Origin: Ophelia neglecta
Taxonomy: Eukaryota
Direction: 5' to 3'
NCBI GenBank assembly: GCA_965285935.1
Contig: OZ260664.1
Span: 101,618,001-101,682,000, forward strand
Length of the DNA stretch: 64,000 nucleotides
Below, one piece after another: positions 37,375 through 52,300 of this stretch. How positions within the stretch are numbered: the first letter of the stretch is position 1; each line of letters opens with the position of its first letter. Under the pieces are notes generated by a model that was not told where the DNA came from, ran no database searches, and was given only the letters and a program-made list of their open reading frames with translations. Both the position numbers and the translations under genes were made by a program.

Positions 37375-37767
37375 ATAAATCACTCCCTTTAATTGATCAC
37401 ATGCACATTTTCTTATTTGGCTCTCGGAGAGAGGGGGTGGGGGGAGGGATGCTCCGCTACTACTAGTGCAACTCAACAAATAGTCAGGTGGTGGTTTACA
37501 ACGGTAAATACTTTTTACACCCCTGACACCGTCTTTTAGTTTTTCGGGTGTAATTCTGTCAAATCGTTTCCCAGTAATGATATTGAATGGAACAGTAGTA
37601 AAGTCGGCATATACTTACACGTTATAAAAGATTTCCCACGAAAGTTGGTAATACTACTATGCGCAAAAATAATGGTGATGCTATTCGCTAGAGGGAAGCT
37701 CTGTTTGAATGTCACGGCGGGAAGGAATAAACACGAAGACCTTCATGTGTATATATGTGTATATAAG

Positions 37768-38738
37768 AGTCCCCCTCCTATCAAGTTGCCCTTCCTATCG
37801 AGTTCCCTTTCCTATCGAGTTCCCCTTCCTATCGAGTTCCCTTTCCTATCGAGTTCCCCTTCCTATCGAGTTCCCCTTCCTATCGAGTTCCCCTTCTTAT
37901 CGAGTTCCCCTTCCTATCATATCCCCCCTCCTAATAAGATTCCCATCCCTTTAAGTTTCCCCTCCTATTAAGTCCCCCTCCTATAAAGTCTCCCTCCTAT
38001 AAAGCCACTCCTCCTATTAAAGCCACTCCTCCTATTAAGTCCCCCCTCCTAATAAATTCTCCCTCTTAGTATGTTCCCCCTCCTGGTACGTTCCTCCTGC
38101 TATAAAGTCCCCCTCCTATTAAGTTCCCCCTCCTATAAAGCCACTCCTCCTATTAAGTGCCCCCCCCCCCTATTAAGTTCCCCCTCCTAATAAATTCTCT
38201 CTCTTAGTATGTTCCACCTTCTGGTACGTTCCTCCTCCTATTAAGTCACCCCTTCTATTAAGTTTTCCCTCCTATTAAGTCACCCCTCCTATTAAGTCCC
38301 TCCTCCTATTAAGTCACCCCTCCTATTAAGTCACTCCTCCTATTAAGTCCCTCCTCCTATTTAGTCCCTCCTCCTATTAAGTCCCCCTCCTATTAAGTTT
38401 TCCCTCCTATTAAGTCACCCCTCCTATAAAGCCACTCCTCCTATAAAGTCCACCCCTCCTATTTAGTCACCCCTTCTATTTAGTCACTCCTCCTATTAAG
38501 TCACTCCTCCTATTAAGTCCCTCCTCCTATTAAGTCACCCCTCCTATTAAGTCACTCCTCCTATTAAGTCCCTCCTCCTATTTAGTCCCTCCTCCTATTA
38601 AGTCCCCCTCCTATTAAGTTTTCCCTCCTATTAAGTCACCCCTCCTATAAAGCCACTCCTCCTATAAAGTCCACCCCTCCTATTTAGTCACCCCTCCTAT
38701 TAAGTCACCCCTCCTATTAAGTCTTCCCCCCTATTAAT
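37768..38738 (+). repeat. Pyrimidine-rich 20-21-bp minisatellite
   Basis: Units ccttcctatcgagttcc.. then cctcctattaagtc(a/c)c..; higher-order ~220-bp duplication (~38300-38480 versus ~38520-38700). Confidence 0.95.
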
Positions 38739-39434
38739 TTCCACTGTCAGAGTATCGTTAGCAATAGGAGCGACATGTTGGTTATCATCAATTATGACCT
38801 CATGTATCATGCGCTTTTCATAGTCGTGATAGTCTTTTTTCAGTTCATATTAGAAAGTTGACTTTTTCATTTGTGACATTGTATAGCTTACTTTTTGCTC
38901 TACTATCCTCACACAAAAGTTAGCCGTCGGATTTTGTGTTTCTACTGATTGGTTAGATATCTTTTTAAGATCAGCCTTCTCGGCGTACTGGGTCATATTT
39001 TGTCTTACCTGCTATTTCGACTATATTAACTTTTTTTTCTACTAAGCATACGCTAAGATCGGATGGAATCCTAAGGTAGACCTATACTAAAAGTAACAGA
39101 GTTAAACAAAATACATCCATCCACCCCCCGTACCGCCCCTTCCAGCTTTAAAATGACAAGGTAAGTGCTGTTTAGAAATGAGCGCCTGTATCAAGTGGTA
39201 TCGATGGAGTTTTATAGTGCGTGCGTGACACGCGATCGATTTTCGTATTATCAACCAGGCGGTTTTTGCTTGTACACACTTTAATATTGCAGCAATCGAT
39301 TTTACTGGCGTTTGTTCTGAATGCGTACACTTAGCATGAACACAAGACTCGAGGTTTAACGTACAATCCAAGGCTGTTTATTCTGAATTGATATCATTGT
39401 AAAATACAATAGTCTAGTTATTGAAAAATAAGGG

Positions 39435-39564
39435 NNNNNNNNNNNNNNNNNNNNNNNNNNNNNNNNNNNNNNNNNNNNNNNNNNNNNNNNNNNNNNNNNN
39501 NNNNNNNNNNNNNNNNNNNNNNNNNNNNNNNNNNNNNNNNNNNNNNNNNNNNNNNNNNNNNNNN
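39435..39564. other. Assembly gap (130 N)
   Basis: Run of n. Confidence 1.
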
Positions 39565-39606
39565 ATCTCGAACAGGATTAGCCCTAGACTTTAATACATA
39601 TCTAAA

Positions 39607-39782
39607 CAGTGAAACCTGTGAAATAAGACCACCAAAGACTGGAAAATGCTGGTCTGATTTCGGAGTTGGTCTGTTTATACAGGTTATTTAACATAGAAAG
39701 AATACATCACGGTCTTCATATTTGTGGTCTGAATTGACAGGTGGTCTGATTATACAGGTGGTCTTTAAGGCAGGTTTCACTG
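39607..39782. mobile_element. Same MITE family, copy outside the duplication
   Basis: cagtgaaacctg...caggtttcactg, a perfect 12-bp TIR. Confidence 0.75.
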
Positions 39783-40130
39783 TATATCTCTATTCAGGTC
39801 TGATGCTGCCCCCCACCCCCTACCCGCGCTCCCTTCCGGGTGAGCACATCCAGAATAGGAGGGCAGGAGGGCAGGAGGGCAGGTGAGAAGGGGCCAGACC
39901 CCCGCCTCCCTCCCCCTCTGGGTGAGCACAAGCAGCCCACACCCTCTAGTCAAGGCTTTCTCCGTTACAGACAACCGTATAGTAGGGCTCCACCCGCTCC
40001 ACGCTGGGCGTGTTTCAGCCTATATCACACTGGGTTTGTTTCTACCCCTACACGCTGGGCGAGTTCCTGTCCACTTCACACGGAACATGTTTCAGCCTCT
40101 ATCACACGGGGCGTGTTCCAGCCTCCAGGC

Positions 40131-40239
40131 GTGCTTCTCTATAACATCAGCAATCAATTCTTTAGTATACCAAAAGGCGTCATCCACCGAGTCGAAAATT
40201 TTAGACACATGAAACGGCAGTGACTGTAGATCATTCAAA
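40131..40239 (-). repeat. 109-bp inverted copy of LINE-internal 41392-41500
   Basis: Reverse-complement match with about 2 mismatches. Confidence 0.9.
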
Positions 40240-40659
40240 GAACCGCAAAATGTTATGGGGGAAGCGAAATATTTGGCGGTGATAATCAGTATATTCTGGA
40301 TGAACTTAGCTGTTTCCAGACACGTGTAACAAGTTTATGTACTTATAACTGTCTAGTGCTTTACGTCAGTGATTTTATAGTGAATATATTTGGGCTGAAT
40401 ACACAGTATCGATCTCGGCAGACGAACAGCGATGGTAATCCTGAACGCCCTCACGCGGAAATATCGTCCTGCCTAGCAGAGGCGGTGAGGCAGCGAGAGC
40501 TCGCGATCTTTAGTATGGAGCGATGCGTGAGTTGCGCATCCCTTCATACTAGGCCCAGATTGAAGTATACACTATCTAGCCAGGATGTAGAATTTTTGCT
40601 AGCAGAAGCACCTGAAATTTTGACCCCATGCAGGCATCCCTGACTGAATTTTAGGTAAC

Positions 40660-43600
40660 TAATACGAATAATTTAAAAATTGCACATTTGAACATCAACA
40701 GTGTGCGACATAAATTTTATCCCATTAATGCACTTCTAAAAAAAGTCTGTATTTAATATTTTATTTCTTCAGGAAACTAAGATTGATGACTCGTATCCTG
40801 TGGGTCAGTTTTGTGTTCCAGGTTTTACTCAGTACAGGCAAGATGTTTCTGGTAGATGTGGAGTCATTGTAATATATGTCCAGAGTGATCTATCTCAGTC
40901 TGTGTATAGGGACATACAATTCCAGGGTGTTAATTCTGGTAGAATTGAATATTTGGTACTCGAAATTAGACTGAATAAGGAGAAATGGCTTCTGTGTAGT
41001 ATGTATAAACAGCCTAAAGTATCTGATGTGCAGTTTGGGGGTTTTATGGATACAGCTTTGACAACTCTGAACTCGCTCTGTTGTAATTTCTTATCATCGG
41101 TGATCTTAATGTAAACATGTTTAATGAAAACAATTTGTTAAAGGATGTGCTCATCATTCATGGGGTGTAAAATGTGGTGAGACATTCAACACGTATTAAG
41201 GGCACAAACCCCACACTTTTAGATCAGGCCATAACCAATGTTCCAAAACGTTTTCAAAAAGTGTTTTGCATTAAGTCGGGTTTAAGTGATTTTCACTACC
41301 TTGTATGTTTTGGTACAAAGTTTCATGTGCCATGTAAGAAAAAGCAAATTATTCTCTAGAGGAGTTATACACAGTTTGATGAAGAAAGTTATTTGAATGA
41401 TCTACAGTCACTGCCGTTTCATGTGTCTAAAATGTTCGACTCGGTGGATGACGCCTTTTGGTATACTAAAGAATTGATCGCTGATGTTATAGAGAAGCAC
41501 ACCCATTTAAAAAGGAGAATTGTGAAGCACAAACAAGTCTTGCGACTTGCGTAGGGCAATTAATGTTTAACATATGTTAAAAAGGAAACATGATAAGAAT
41601 GAGTCTCAGAAAGCCTGGAAATCATATAGAGATCAGAGTAACCTTGTTACAAAGATTAGGAAGCGTAGCATTCAAAATCATATTAAAAGTGAGTGTGCCA
41701 AAGGACAGACTAATTTATGGAATACTGTCAAACCATTCATCTCAGACAAAAGTAAAGGTAATAATGATATTATTTTATTGTAGGATGGCACTATTGTGAA
41801 TGATCCTATAGCAGTAGCAAATGTCTTAAACGATTATTATGTAAATAATGCTAAGGACATTGGTCCTGATGATAGCATTCAAGAAAGCGAAAACTTCTAT
41901 GAAATTGTGGACCCTTATGAATCTCATGAAAGTATACAATTTATTAAGAATAACCTTGCAAAGTCCTCCAAATTTTCTTTTACTCTGGTAACCCAAGAAG
42001 AAATTAAAAGGAAAATTAAATTCTTGAATCCAAAGAAAGGATCTGGCTATGACATGATTCCTCCGAAACTAATCTGTATGGCTGCGGAGGAACTCTGCAT
42101 TCCTTTCCAGTGCCTTATAAATATGGCCATTTCGCAGGCAAGATTTCCTGCTTTTCTGAAACATGCAGAAATAACCACTTTGTTTAAGAAGGATAATAAT
42201 ACTTTGCTTAAAAAGAATTATAGACCAGTAAGTGCCCTTTCATGTATCTCCAAGGTCTTTGAGGGCATTCTTATTGACCAAATGTCAGAGTATTTTGAAG
42301 ATGTTTTCTCACCATTTCTGTCAGGTTTTAGGAAATCTCACAGCTGTCAACATGTTTTACTTAGATTAATTTGTAAAAAATACCTAGATGAAGGGAAAAT
42401 ATATGGTTTTCTGTTAACGGACCTGTCAAAGGCTTTTGACTGCCTTCCACATTATTTCTCATGTCGTATGCAAAGGGTTGGGCTGTCTGGAGGGGTCAGC
42501 TAATGGCTTAATATAAGAAAAGGAGCTCCTCAAGGCTCTATGGACCTTTTATGTACAACATTCATTGTAATGACTTATTATACCTTTTAAGCAGGATGAA
42601 TTCCTGTGATATTTATAACTATGCAGATGATAATTCAAAAGGCAGCTTTGGTAACAAGATTGAAACTGTTTTGAACAACTGAATTCTTCTGCTGAGGTTA
42701 TGTTAAATTGGTTTGACATAAATAATATGCAGGCTAATCCAGATAAATTCCAGTTAATTCTATTCAATAGGGAACAAAGTGTATGCCAAGAACATTCAGT
42801 TATCAATTCCATAAATATTCAGCCTCAGAAGTCGGTAAAACTATTGGGAGTAATAATCGATTCAAAGTTGGACTTTTGTAAACATATTAGTGCTCTGTGT
42901 AAAAAGGCTGGAAGGAAAAGTAATGTACTACGAAGGCTTTCCCTATGGCTTGATGTTAATATAAAACTACTTCTGTTCAAAGCATTTGTTGTGTCACACT
43001 TTGACTATTGTCCAGTTGTCTGACATTATTGTAATGTCACAAACTCTAAAAATATGGAAAAGATTCAATATAATGCCGTCAGGGCTGTTTATTCAGATTA
43101 TGATTCATCTTACACGACGCTAAGGGCAAAGGCCAATAGGCCACTCATGTATGTAGAAAGATTACAGAAATTTCTCTGGAAGTCTATAAATGTCTTTTTT
43201 CCCATAGCCCTACTTATTTACAACCATTCTTTCAGTTTAATAACTATGGATTTGGTATGAGGAAGGTAATGTCAGCTCATGTTCCTAGATTTAAGTGTGC
43301 CAAGTATGGTAAAAACTTCCTAGGGTATAATGGTGCTGTATTGTGGAATGGCCTACCAAATGATATTAGGATGTCAGTAGATGTCAAAATTTTCAAGAAA
43401 CACATTAAGGCATTGGCTGGCCCAAGCTGTGAGTGTCTAAATTGCTGTTTCTGCTCATTGCATTGCATGTGAATCTCGTGAGGGAATGTACTGGGAGTGC
43501 CTGGTGTCTTGTGTGTGACCACCACTTTGTGCCTGCACAAATTTTAAATTTTATTTGTGATAGTAAACTAGCTCCATGTATGTCCTATGATTTATATTTC

Positions 43601-43810
43601 ATGTGATGGATGAATCAAACTAGCTCTTATGTTTCATCTCATCTTGCTTTCCTCATCTTGTTAATTTGTTATTCATGTCATCTTCATGCAGATCATCTCA
43701 CTACATTTGAACTTTTTATCATGTTTAATGTCACCAGTCGGTGAAATAGTGATTGTAGGACTAATGTTATTTTTTGTAACCGGACCGACAAAAAATAAAT
43801 TTTATCTTAA
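40660..43810 (+). mobile_element. Degenerate near-full-length CR1/L2-group LINE ORF2 (APE + RT)
   Basis: IAHLNINS, LQETKID, LSDFH, NYRPVS, SGFRKSHS, TDLSKAFDCL, NYADD, KLLGVIID motifs; many stops and frameshifts; A-rich end near 43790. Confidence 0.9.
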
Positions 43811-46300
43811 AATGGAATAAAGATTAAATAGTATTTAACTAAACATATTGTTTATGATTATTTAAAGGAACAAATTATTTATAAAGGACTACATATGAAT
43901 GTAAGGAATGATTTTCACACTATTTAAAAAGCACACGAACGCCCTGAAAAAATGCTTCTTTCAAAATTTAAGTTCTATCATTTTAGTTAAAAAGACTCCT
44001 AATTGACAAAGTAATACACAAAATGTCCCTTAGATTTTTAGCCAAGTAGACCAGGTAGACGCTCGTTGTAGCACAGTACCTGAATTGATGTCATTGGTTT
44101 CACTAGTGACATCGGACGAGCTTAATCGTATTTATTGCCTCCTTTTGGTTGTTACCATAGTGATATTTCAAGATGGCGTTGGCCGTGTTTTATGTGGAAA
44201 ATGTTGAACCTTTTTATTTGTATAAATGAGAGATTTCGGATAAAAGCTTTTTCAAAGCAAGAAATTAATGCCCCATTATACTAATAGATTAATAATAATC
44301 TGTTAACATTTTACGTCAACGATAGTATCGATATAAGCCCAAATTACTTTTTGAAGCTTATAACAGGCTTCAGTATGTCGCAAATTCTAAGTTTAAGCCA
44401 TTATCAATACATTTCTTCTACACAGTGTCAAGTCCTTACTAAGGAGGTTTTGTTCTATTTGACGTAAATAAGTGGTTATAAAGACGTGATACAGATAAAG
44501 AGTAGTTTTTTTTTCTCAGGAGTGGCTAGAACCACCGCTACATATTGCCTCCTTTACAGAAGAGTACTCTACAGGAGACACGGGTGAATGGATACTGCGA
44601 ACCGTCACTTAATAAAATATTATAGTCATAAAAATTAAGTAACCGGGCCTTGGAGACTAGCAACGACTGGAGAAGATATCGAAGTGCAATGGTGCGCTGC
44701 TCATTGTGGTTTTCAACCCATCAATCTCATTCACTAACGGACGTTTTCACACATTCTGCTAGATTTCTGTATTTCGCTATGTTTATAACAGGGTTTTACA
44801 TTTCATGCAACAACACATAACTATTTACTAACCGATGTTTTCGAGGATATTGTTAGATTTCTATATTTTTCGCTGTTTACAAGCAGGGTAGTGCAATCCA
44901 CAACTAAACCCAGAACTTAGATAAAGTGTTCATAGTGAGTGCACCGCCTTAAATGGTTTCTGTGGATATTAAGCCTTTCGATGATCGGGAAAACTTGTCC
45001 TTTATGACAAACTTGTCTACCTGAGCTTTTCCACATTGGCCTACCAGACGTACAAAGTCGTTAACAAATATGACGTCACTCCAGCCCATAATATACCGTA
45101 AGCCAAGAAAGGTTCACGAGCAGGTAAATTTCGCGAATCCTATTCACCCTATACTTTCGGCCTGAAATCTCGGCGCTGAGCGATAATAGAGGGACTTCCA
45201 ATGAACGGCATGGCTTCGTAAGGACACAGGCAACTATTTTTACCAGCTGGAAAATGGCACCAATTATTAGCTGGCAAAAACAATCCTGATATACTACTAT
45301 AAGGAAAAATCTTAACGTGTTTCTTTAAGGAGATCTAAGTCTAGACTTCAGTAGCACTTATATATTTGAGGTAGCCATATGTATTAGTGTGTGTTTAAAC
45401 TCGATGTTATTTATTGGAGGGTGATTATTAGCAAGTATAATTGGTATATGGGTAATAAAATTAAGTATGACCAAGTGGCTTAACTGGCATTATTCCTATT
45501 CCAGTTTATTATCAACTATGATGCTGCTGTAGTGCTCAATTATCTTTAAATACAGATGGCAAAACTATAGAAATGCACTAATTATTAAGTATATTTTTTA
45601 TATCATTCATCATTCGTTCATTTCTAATTTGTTAGAAAACAGCACAATTGGATACACAATATTACACATCACATTTAGCTCTACGTTAAATGTCAATAAT
45701 GTGAATAGTTGGCTTCCAATTGCAAAAGTGACAGAAATAGTATCTGTAAAATTGAAGTGTGAGAAAATAACAGTCCATTTCTGGATGAAACCTCTTAGAG
45801 GGGGCCTATGTTCCGGGACTCATGTAAATGAACGGTATTACCAGTCGTGAACTATAATTTTTATAAGCAAACACAGACAAACATGCTGGCTATATTTCAA
45901 GTAGGTGTGTCGAGTTTTCCTGGCTTGAGAGTCTTATCACAGAGCTGGTTGTCAACTGCCGATGCACATTGAACTAAGTACAATATTTGCACAATATTAA
46001 TTTCGCTATTAAGAGGGATATTATTCGGTAAGTTAAACATCTCTAGCGTGGTGAGTAACATTGATCAGCATAGGGCCTGCATGGGAAAAATCTATAGCAG
46101 AATTAATGAAACTTTCAACACTGGCTGGCCACTACGTCTGTTCCGTGATTGAGAGTCCGTTTGACGGTAATAAAAGTCACTTCAGCCAGCTCTGCTGAGA
46201 GAATTTTTCGTCGGGTAAGTGTATCTATCTGTACATCGCCTAAATAATAATAATTTAGTGAGAATGTAGTTTGGAATGATACGAAAGGAGGGTACCAAAT

Positions 46301-49300
46301 TTTCATTTTCAGCTCACTCAGGCGTGTTGAAATATCCAAATGATCATACCTCGGCTTATCAACGGTTTTGGAACACATATTTAAAGGATGCATCCATGTT
46401 AAGACCCTCAACCTGCGTTTATTTTAGTGTATTATTGTTTATAAACGCAACCGAGAGTTTTGAATTTTTCAAATGTTCATATCTGGGCAGTTTATCAAGT
46501 GGTTTTGAATATAAATTTGTTGCCAATATTAAGTGCATCCCTAGGTTTGATATTTTCAAATGAATATGGTTCAGGTGTTTTTAAGGGATTTGCACGATTT
46601 CTGTTTCCGTATTTTTGAAGGGCTCAATTATTGTCTAAGATTCATGCATAAAGTATACTAAACTATGCTAATTTTTATATTTGGTATTGCAAAATGAGCA
46701 TCATTACAATAATTGATCTGGAGAGCATATACAAGAATAGGGTGGGTGTTTCCTCCCAGAAGGTAGTCTGGGGGCTACCCCAAACACACCCCTATAACCC
46801 CATTAAGGTTAGGGAATGAGATGGATGGAGAGGGGCGAATGGGGGGGGGGGATACATAGAGGTTTACTCCTTTAGCCCCATTAAAGTGAGGGGATTGAGA
46901 GGGAGGGAGGCGGCTGGGCGAGATACAGTTAACCCCTCATAAACTGTCCTTGTCTATGCAGGAGCTACACGACAATAATGAGAACAAAAATCGTCTTGAA
47001 AAAAGAAGCTATTTCATCAAACTGACGGTAAAAATTAGTAATAACCAGACTTGTGGATGAATTAATCAGAAGTATTTGTGTATTTAATCTGCTAGGCAGG
47101 GAATCAGTGGGTAGTCTACATGGAGCTGAACAGATAAGAGGGTATTCATATTGCACATGGCTGTCACAGAAACAGCCCCACTTCAGGTAAAGACCTGTAC
47201 TAGATTAAAGCTGATGTAATCCAGGTGTTATCAGATATAATCAGGTATAATCACCATTCACGGCCATTAATCAGGCCTATAATTGGAGGAGGCCCTTGCC
47301 AGCACTTGTACTGACAGTGTATCAGGAGAAACAGGGCACACCGCTACTAACAAGGTCATACAGGGATTAATTCGATTGCTAGCGATCGCCAGTCATCGCC
47401 AGTTACTGGCATGCAGTGATCGTGTTAAGCTGGTAAGGCCGCTACTGGGCATAAACCAGATTTATGACCATACCTTGAGAGTATTTGACATGGTAGGCAG
47501 CTATGGTGAGTTTATGACTGCGATGAGCCATTAAAGCATGTACCTGATTGGCCGGAAAAGGTAATATTTTCATTTTTAGCTCACTCAGGCGTGTTGAAAT
47601 TTCCAAATGATCATACCTCGGTTTATCAACGGTTTTGGACAACATATTTTAAGGATGTATCCATATTAAGACCCTCAACCTGCGTTTATATTGGTAGTGT
47701 ACTATTGTTTATAAACTCAACCCAGTGTTTTGAATTTTCAAATGTTCATATCTGGGTGGTTAATCAAGTGGTTTTTAATATAAACTTGTTGACAATATTA
47801 AGTGCATCCCTTGGTTTGACATTTTCAAATGGATATAGCTCAGGTGTTTTTAAGGGATCTGCGCGATTTCTGTTGCCGTATTTTTGAAGGGGTCAATTAA
47901 GATTCATGCATTAAGTATACTAAACTATGTTCATTTTTATATTTGGTTTTCAAAATGAGTATCATTTCAATAATTGCTCTGGAGAGCATATCTGAAGTAT
48001 TGGATGGGTGTGTCCGCTGAGAAGGGGGCCAGGGGGCTACCCAAAACACCCCCTATAATCCCATTAAAGAAAAAAGTTGAGATGGATGGAGGGGGGGGGG
48101 GGCGGGCGAGACACAGAGGGTCACCTTTTTATCCCCCTTCAAAGAGAGGGGATTGAGAGGGAGGAAGGGGGCTGGGCAAGATACAGTTAACCCTTCATAA
48201 ACTGTCTTTGTCTATGCAGCAGCTACACAAGAATAATAAAAAACAAAAAAACGTCTTGGAAAAAATGCTATTTCATCAAACTAACATTAAAAATATTAGT
48301 AATAACCAGACTTGTGGTTGAATAAATCAGAAGTATTTGTGTATTTAATCTGCTTGGCAGGGAATCAATGGTGAGTCTACATGGATCTGTTCTGATACAG
48401 ATAAGAGGGTATTTATACGGCACATGGCTGTCACAGAACAGCCCCACTTCAGGTAAGGACCTGTACTAGATACAAGCTCATGTAATCCAGGTGTAATCAG
48501 GTATAATCAGGTATAATCACCATTCACGGCCATTAATCAGGCCTATAATTGGAGGAGGGCCTTGCCAGCACTGTTACTGACAGTGTATCAGGTGAAACAG
48601 GGAACACCGGTACCAACAAGGTCATACAGGGATTAATTCGATTGCTAGCGATCGCCAGTTATCGCCAGTTACCGGCATGCAGTGATCGTGTTAAGCTGGT
48701 AAGGCCGCTACTGGGCATAAACCAGATTTATGACCATACCTTGAGAGTATTTGACAGGGTAGGCAGCAATGGTGAGTTTATGACTGCGATGAGCCATTAA
48801 AGCATGTACCTGATTGGCCGGAAAAGGTAATATTTTCATTTTTAGCTCACTCAGGCGTGTTGAAATATCCAAATGATCATACCTCGGTTTATCAACGGTT
48901 TTGGACAACATATTTTAAGGATGTATCCATATTAAGGCCCTCAACCTGCGTTTATTTTGGTAGTGTACTATTGTTTATAAACTCAACCCAGTTTTTTGAA
49001 TTTTTCAAATGTTCATATCTGGGCGGTTAATCAATTGGTTTTTAATATAAACTTGTTGACAATATTAAGTGCATCCCTTGGTTTGACATTTTCAAATGGA
49101 TATAGCTCATGTGTTTTTAAGGGATCTGCGCGATTTCTGTTGCCGTATTTTTGAAGGGGTCAATTAAGATTCATGCTTAAAGTATACTAAACTATGCTCA
49201 TTTTTATATTTGGTTTTCAAAATGAGTATCATTTCAATAAATGCTCTGGAGAGCATATTGAAGTATTGGATGGGTGTGTCCGCTGAGAAGGGGGCCTGGG

Positions 49301-52300
49301 GGCTACCCAAAACACCCCCTATAATCCCACTAAAGAAAAAAGTTGAGATGGATGGAGGGGGGGGGGGGCGAGACACAGAGGGTCACCTTTTTATCCCCCT
49401 TTAAAGTGAGGGGATTGAGAGGGAGGGAGGGGGCTGGGCAAGGTACAGTTAACCCCTCATAAACTGTCTTTGTCTATGCAGCAGCTACACAAGAATAATA
49501 AAAAACAAAAAAACGTCTTGGAAAAAAGCTATTTCATCAAACTAACATTAAAAAACTTAATAATAACCAGACTTCTGGATGAATAAATCAGAAGTATTTT
49601 TGTATTTAATCTGCTTGGCAGGGAATCAATGGTGAGTCTACATGGATCTGTTCTGACACAGATAAGAGGGTATTTATACGGCACATGGCTGTCACAGAAC
49701 AGCCCCACTTCAGTTAAGGACCTGTACTAGATACAAGCTCATGTAATCCAGGTGTAATCAGGTATAATCAGGTATAATCACCATTCACTGCCATTAATCA
49801 GGCCTATAATTGGAGGAAGGCCTTGCCAGCACTCCAAAGGACAGCCTAGAGGTGGAGGCATGCATGCCCCCTCTTCACCTAAAAAGAGAGAGACTCGGAC
49901 TGCAATATTCAGTCAAATTACACGCTGACCCAGCCAACCCTGCCTTCTCGAGTGTCTTTGACCCTCCGGACAGTGAACTATTTGCTACCAAAAACACAAT
50001 TCCTCCATTTGGTATCTGCGTCAAGCAATCCCTAGAAAATCTGGGCGTTGAACTCGGATGGATTGCTGATGCCACACTGCCGAAGACACCACCATGGACA
50101 TATAGGCCACTGGTGGTGGACTGGTTTATGGTCACTGGTAATAAAAACTACACTTCACCACTAATATATTGTACACGGTTCATCAGGTTCGGTCAGAAGT
50201 GTACCATGACCATACCTTTATCTTCACGGATGGGTCGAAGCTCGAGCAGAAAGTGGCGTCGGCAGCTGTCGCCCATGCCTTCACCTCCAGGATGCGCCTC
50301 CCCGATCACAGCTCCATTTTCACTGCCGAAATAACGGCCATAGATCTTGCTCTGGACCATATCATCTAGTCTAGAGACAGAAACTTTGTTATAGCCTCAG
50401 ACTCAATGTCGTCCCTCCAGGGACTAGAAGGGTTTAGCTGGTCTAACCCTTTGGTTCTCTCCCGGCGAGAAACCTTAAATAAAATCCTCAAAAAGGAAAA
50501 ACTGTTATACTTCTGTGGGTGCCCAGCCTCGTGGGCATCAAAGGCAACGAGGCTGCCGACAAATGTGCAAAAGAGACACTGGAAGATCCCATCTTCCCAA
50601 TCAAAATCCCGTCTTCTGACTTCAAGAGCCCAATAAACCAGTATGGCTGGAAACAATGGCAAACCGCCTGGGACCAGGGCATAGAAAACAAACTGCACTC
50701 TATCTGCCCCACCATACCGAAATCATTTCGACAGCCTCTTGCCTCCCGGAGGGACGACTTGATCATGTCTCGTCTGCGCATCGGCCACTCACATTTTACA
50801 CACACTCACCTTCTGAGAAGAGAGGACCCACCTTTTTGTGAGGGCTGCCAATGGCAGATTACCATCCAACACATTCTGTTGGATTGTAGCGATTTTGCCG
50901 AGGCTAGATACCGTTTTTATAACGTTAACAGCCTCATAACCTTATTCGACAAGGTATGCCCACAGCAGATCCTTAATTTCTTAAAATCTATAGATCTCTA
51001 CTACAAAATGTAGTAGATCTTAAACGTGGAAACAAATTTTAATGTGCGAAAGTTTATGGAACTTTCTTTTATCTATTTATTGAACAACTAACCTTTAATC
51101 TTCCTTTACTAACACATTTTAGTCAGAAAAACATCTGACCCATCCACCTAGAAGATTTAAAAAAAAAAATAGAGCTCAATAACCGTTTACTTCTTACTAC
51201 TATCCCCATGTAAATAAAATAGACAGTACAATAAACGATTAACTATACCCAACTTAAGACACTAAATGACCCACGTGGTGTCTATGTGTCGTTAAGCCCC
51301 AAAAATCCGAATCCAATCTAGCACTGGTACTGACAGTGTATTTAGGGAAACAGGGCACACAGGTACTAACAAGACCGTACAGAGATTAATTCGATTGCTA
51401 GCGACCGCCAGTCATCGCCAGTTACTGGCATGCAGTGATCGTGTTAAGTTGGTAAGGCCGCTGCTGGGCATAAACCAGATTTATGACCATACCTGGACGG
51501 TATTTGACAGGATATTGTGAGTTTATGCCTGCGATGAGCCATTAAAAAACATGTACCTGTTTGGCCGGAAGATGTAATATTTTCATTTTTAGCTCTCTCA
51601 GGGGTGTTGAAATATCCAAATGATCATACCTCGGCTTATCAACGGTTTTGGACAACATATTTTAAGGATGTTTTCATTTTAAGACCCTCAACCTGCGTTT
51701 ATTTTGTTAGTGTAGTATTGTTTATAAACGAAACCCAGTGTTTTGAATTTTTCAAATGTTCATATCTGGGCGGTTCATTAGGTGGTTTTGAATATAAATT
51801 TGTTGACAATATTTAGTGCATCCCTAGATTTGATATTTTCAAATGGATATAGCTCATGTATTTTTAAGGGATCGGCAGGATTTCTGTTGCCGTATTTTTG
51901 AAGGGCTCAATTAAGTTTCATGCATAAAGTATACTTAACTATGCTCATTTTTATTTGGTTTTGCAAAATGAGTATCATTTCAATAATTGCTCTGGAGCGC
52001 ATTATGAAGTATTGGCCTCCGAGAAGGGAGCCTGGGGGCTACCCCAAACACCCCCTATAACCCCCTTAAAGTAAGCGGATGAGATGGATGGTGAGGGGGG
52101 GGGGGGCAGGACACAGAGGGTCACCCCTTTATCCCCATTAAAGTGAGGGGATTGAGAGGTAGGGGGGCGGCAGGGCGAGATACAGTTAACCCCTCATCAA
52201 CTGTCCCTGTCTATGCAGCCGCTACCCAACAATAATGAGAACTAAAAACGTCTTGGAAAAAAAAGGTATTTCATCAAACTAACAGTAAAAAATTAGTAAT

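Noticed and set aside
37645-37971. Repetitive ORFs
   Set aside because: Translation of the minisatellite.
47283-48911. Repeated 83-aa and 67-aa ORFs in the 1.27-kb unit as a gene family
   Set aside because: Non-ATG starts, frames broken in other copies (e.g. ~4050-4290), and no recognisable motifs.
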